Below are positions 18,055-21,541 of a stretch of 21,541 bases of DNA, piece by piece (within the stretch, counting starts at the first letter, position 1; every line of letters starts with the position of its first letter). The translations under genes and the position numbers were made by a program. This stretch comes from Armatimonadota bacterium (GTDB lineage: Bacteria; Armatimonadota; UBA5829; DTLH01), in contig JBDKSP010000121.1 in NCBI GenBank assembly GCA_039680575.1, positions 1-21,541 of the forward strand, read 5' to 3'. Under the pieces are notes generated by a model that was not told where the DNA came from, searched no databases, and saw nothing but the letters and a program-made list of their open reading frames with translations.

Positions 18055-18387
18055 TTGGCCAACAAATCACTTTATGTAGGAAATATGTCCTACAACACCA
18101 CAGAGAACGATATTCGTTCCCTGTTCGAGCCGTATGGCCCAATAGCCGAAGTAAGAATCATCGGCGACAAGGGATTCGGGTTCGTTGAGATTCCCGAGGA
18201 GAACGTTCAGGCAGCCATCGATGCCACAAACGGCAAAGAGTTCGGCGGCAGAACACTGACAGTCAACGAAGCCAGACCGCGCACCGAAGGTGGACGCGGC
18301 GGTGGCGGCGGTCGTGGTGGCTACGGCGGCGGCGGTGGTCGCAGCGGCGGCTACGGCGGTGGCGGCGGCGGCGGACGACGCTGGTAA
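18055..18387 (+). CDS. RRM-domain RNA-binding protein with glycine-rich tail
   Basis: RNP2 LYVGNM, RNP1 KGFGFVEI, GRTLTVNEARPR, GGGGRGGYGG tail. TTG start after AGGAAGG. Confidence 0.95.
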   Translation: MANKSLYVGNMSYNTTENDIRSLFEPYGPIAEVRIIGDKGFGFVEIPEENVQAAIDATNGKEFGGRTLTVNEARPRTEGGRGGGGGRGGYGGGGGRSGGYGGGGGGGRRW

Positions 18388-18399
18388 ATCGCAACTTAG

Positions 18400-18430
18400 A
18401 AAGCCGGAGTCTTCGGACTCCGGCTTTTTT
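18400..18430 (+). terminator. Intrinsic terminator with cUUCGg tetraloop
   Basis: AAAGCCGGAGTC-TTCG-GACTCCGGCTTT-TTT. Confidence 0.9.
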
Positions 18431-18438
18431 GATTTGGG

Positions 18439-18468
18439 ATGTAGTGGCAGGGCTCCGTCCCGGCCATC
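18439..18468 (+). repeat. GTAG-tagged REP-like element (left boundary of cassette region)
   Basis: ATGTAGTGGCAGGGCTCCGTCCCGGCCATC. 18444-18465 is 19/22 identical to the inverted copy at 19368-19347. Confidence 0.7.
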
Positions 18469-18558
18469 GGCAGCTTTGCTGCCGCGATTCTGATGGACCG
18501 GGGGATCCATGCCCCGGTCTCAATTCTCCTGGGCATCCATGCCCCTGCTATCTTTTTG

Positions 18559-18675
18559 TATGCTTCGGGACCGCAGTTACCCCGTGGACCCACTGGACCA
18601 CGGGGAACCGAAGCGCGAGTCTCCACCAATCCGATAAGTTGACTTCGGCGCAAAATACGCGCGCCGAAGTATAAA
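18559..18675 (+). repeat. Direct repeat copy 1 (double-hairpin element)
   Basis: 18580-18646 is identical to 19187-19253 (67 bp). Intact 10-bp hairpin ACTTCGGCGC/GCGCCGAAGT at 18642-18670. Confidence 0.92.
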
Positions 18676-18690
18676 AACCGGTAAAGAGAA

Positions 18691-19146
18691 ATGATTAATT
18701 TAAAAAAAATGATTATTGTAGTACTTGCAGCATTGATATTGGGGTTTATATTCTACTGGTATGTGCCGTGGTCTATTATAGAAGGAGTAAGCGGTGCTAC
18801 ACGAATTGACACTGGATTTGCGACAAAAGCCTATGTAAAGGATTATTGGTCCAAGGAGCATGTTGATGCAGTGATAACGGATAAAAATGATATAGCGGCA
18901 CTGAAGAAGATATTAGGTGGATGGGCTACGCAAGATGGCAGAGCACGTATGTTCGACATTGATGTTTCAGTTACTCTGACTAATGGGCGAAAAAGCATCA
19001 CTTTTTGTCCGGAGCTTCTTGAAGGAAACCCTGTTATCAAGATATATGATACTGGTAAGTGTCGGCATATATCTTTGGCACAAAACAAAATTTTATACCG
19101 TATCTTGAATAAATACGGTATGGATATTCCAATTATAAAAAAGTGA
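18691..19146 (+). CDS. Hypothetical AT-rich orphan protein with N-terminal membrane anchor/signal
   Basis: 151-codon ORF fills the space between the direct repeats. KK followed by hydrophobic helix MIIVVLAALILGFIFYWYV. Visibly lower GC than neighbours. Confidence 0.75.
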   Translation: MINLKKMIIVVLAALILGFIFYWYVPWSIIEGVSGATRIDTGFATKAYVKDYWSKEHVDAVITDKNDIAALKKILGGWATQDGRARMFDIDVSVTLTNGRKSITFCPELLEGNPVIKIYDTGKCRHISLAQNKILYRILNKYGMDIPIIKK

Positions 19147-19174
19147 ATATAGTAAGGTGTTTCAAATACTTTCT

Positions 19175-19284
19175 TATGCTTCGGTTCCCCGTGGACCCAC
19201 TGGACCACGGGGAACCGAAGCGCGAGTCTCCACCAATCCGATAAGTTGACTTCAACGCAAACTACACACGCGCCGAAATATAAA
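19175..19284 (+). repeat. Direct repeat copy 2 (double-hairpin element)
   Basis: Perfect 17-bp stem GCTTCGGTTCCCCGTGG/CCACGGGGAACCGAAGC (19178-19221) with an A.A mismatch near the loop. Second hairpin degraded. Confidence 0.92.
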
Positions 19285-19346
19285 GCCTCCGCCAATCCCC
19301 TTAGCGCTTCAAGACTACGGATGGCGTATGCCGATAAAAAGATCGG

Positions 19347-19370
19347 GACCGGGACAGAGCCCGGCCACAT
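19347..19370 (-). repeat. REP-like element, inverted (right boundary of cassette region)
   Basis: Minus strand ATGTGGCCGGGCTCTGTCCCGGTC. GTAG tag partly deleted. Confidence 0.6.
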
Positions 19371-19391
19371 TTTTTGTTCCCTACAAGAATC

Positions 19392-20060
19392 CTACAGGTC
19401 CCTGCCGTTTATGACCAGTCTGAACCTGTAGCCGAAGAAATCCGCTGCTCTACGGCACATCAACATTCTCGTGAGGAATATCTCGAAATATTCCATCACG
19501 CTTGCGGCTTGGGAGTCGGTCGTCAGTTCTAAATTGATAGTCTTGGCGTCGTTATCTACCCGAAGCTGCGAGTGCTGCACGGCATGGTTTACCCGGTCGT
19601 GGATGTCGAAGGACAGCGGGTTTGTGTTCTGGACACGCGAGCGATGCACATCTGCCTTGTCTGCAAGAATCAGCGCTGCGCCTACCTGCGACACGGGCTG
19701 TCCGAGTTCTTCTTCATGGTTTCCGATAGCGGCAATGACCGTCCCGATCTCTTCCGTCGGCATTCCCATACGGGTGAGGATTGAAAAAGCCATAATAGCC
19801 CCGGTCTCACAGTGGATGTTCCGGTTTATGGCGTTCCCAAGGTCATGGAGATAACCTGCTATGGCCGCAAGCTCGGCCAACCTTGGTTCCAGATCGAGGT
19901 TTATAGGTATGCTCCGCGCCATCTCCGCCACAATCCCGGCGTGGCGGAACCCATGCTCCGTATATCCAAGCGCGTTCATCTGCTCGTTAGCTTTTGCTAT
20001 GTAAGTTTTGACATCCTCGTCTTTCCGAACCAGATCGAGGGTTATTATCTGCTTTTCCAT
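19392..20060 (-). CDS. HD-domain metal-dependent phosphohydrolase
   Basis: GYTEHGFRH, AGYLHDLGN, IGNHEE, LILADKADVHRSRV, DIHDRVN. ATG 20060 after AAGGA. The ORF-track extension to 20207 runs through repeat DNA. Confidence 0.9.
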   Translation of the reverse strand: MEKQIITLDLVRKDEDVKTYIAKANEQMNALGYTEHGFRHAGIVAEMARSIPINLDLEPRLAELAAIAGYLHDLGNAINRNIHCETGAIMAFSILTRMGMPTEEIGTVIAAIGNHEEELGQPVSQVGAALILADKADVHRSRVQNTNPLSFDIHDRVNHAVQHSQLRVDNDAKTINLELTTDSQAASVMEYFEIFLTRMLMCRRAADFFGYRFRLVINGRDL

Positions 20061-20080
20061 TGTGTTTGTCCTTGTTTTTC

Positions 20081-20172
20081 TCACGAAAACACGAAAGGGA
20101 GAAAGGATTAGTGGAAAGCTGATAGCTTTCTCTATTCCCTTTTCGTACTTTCCTAATTTCCTACTTTCGTGA
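20081..20172. repeat. Imperfect palindromic intergenic repeat built from CACGAAA/TTTCGTG-like units
   Basis: TCACGAAA (20081-20088)/TTTCGTGA (20165-20172) ends, internal GAAA/TTTC-spaced units, central GAAAGCT-GAT-AGCTTTC (20114-20130). Confidence 0.6.
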
Positions 20173-21345
<1,173 letters not shown>

Positions 21346-21349
21346 CTAT

Positions 21350-21358
21350 ATTATAGCA
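21350..21358 (-). promoter_or_regulatory. Extended -10 promoter for tgt
   Basis: Minus strand TG-C-TATAAT, 35 nt upstream of the proposed start. No clear -35. Confidence 0.6.
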
Positions 21359-21437
21359 CAGATGAGATAAGAGAAAGGGCTGAGGTATGGCAAGAGTTCA
21401 GAGTTGATGAGTATAACATCATGCTGAATTATCACAA

Positions 21438-21464
21438 CGTCATGCTGAGCTTGACTCAGCATCC
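21438..21464 (+). repeat. CGTC-tagged REP-like palindrome
   Basis: CGTC-ATGCTGAG-CTTGA-CTCAGCAT-CC. Partial copy CATGCTGAA at 21420-21428. Confidence 0.55.
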
Positions 21465-21541
21465 AGGAAAAAAATGGACCCTGAATCTATGGATTTTCGG
21501 CTATAGCCGAAAATCTTCCGGGGAGAGTTTCAGGTAATACC

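Noticed and set aside
18289..18375. GGC-rich tandem repeat
   Set aside because: Simply encodes the glycine-rich tail of the RRM protein.
18559..19284. CRISPR array or classical integron attC sites
   Set aside because: Only two long copies 607 bp apart, with no regular short spacers or cas genes. No convincing RYYYAAC...GTTRRRY attC ends and no intI in the window.

Overview
Bacterial chromosomal window of mostly housekeeping genes (leuS, polX, trmFO, tgt, a DUF362 Fe-S protein, a GH130 enzyme, an SPFH protein, a glycine-rich RRM protein, an HD-domain protein), interrupted by AT-richer accessory segments. These are an ECF sigma/zinc-finger anti-sigma/secreted PD40 beta-propeller operon, divergent from a large secreted Asp-box/CARDB protein, and a single orphan gene at 18691-19146. 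No tRNA, rRNA, CRISPR array or intact transposase was seen. The most notable unexplained structure is the orphan gene: it lies between two ~110-bp hairpin-rich direct repeats (67-bp identical core) whose gene-facing halves are intact and outward halves decayed. The whole unit is nested between inverted GTAG-type REP-like elements, and an 'empty' version of the same architecture is at 9-90, suggesting a REP-targeted gene-cassette mechanism. Other highlights: tgt apparently needs a non-canonical ATC start, LeuRS has SVGH instead of the HIGH-type motif, a decayed IS transposase tail contains a near-consensus sigma70 promoter aimed at the large secreted protein, and the RRM gene has a long structured leader with an anti-SD element. 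All product calls come from motif recognition, not database searches.
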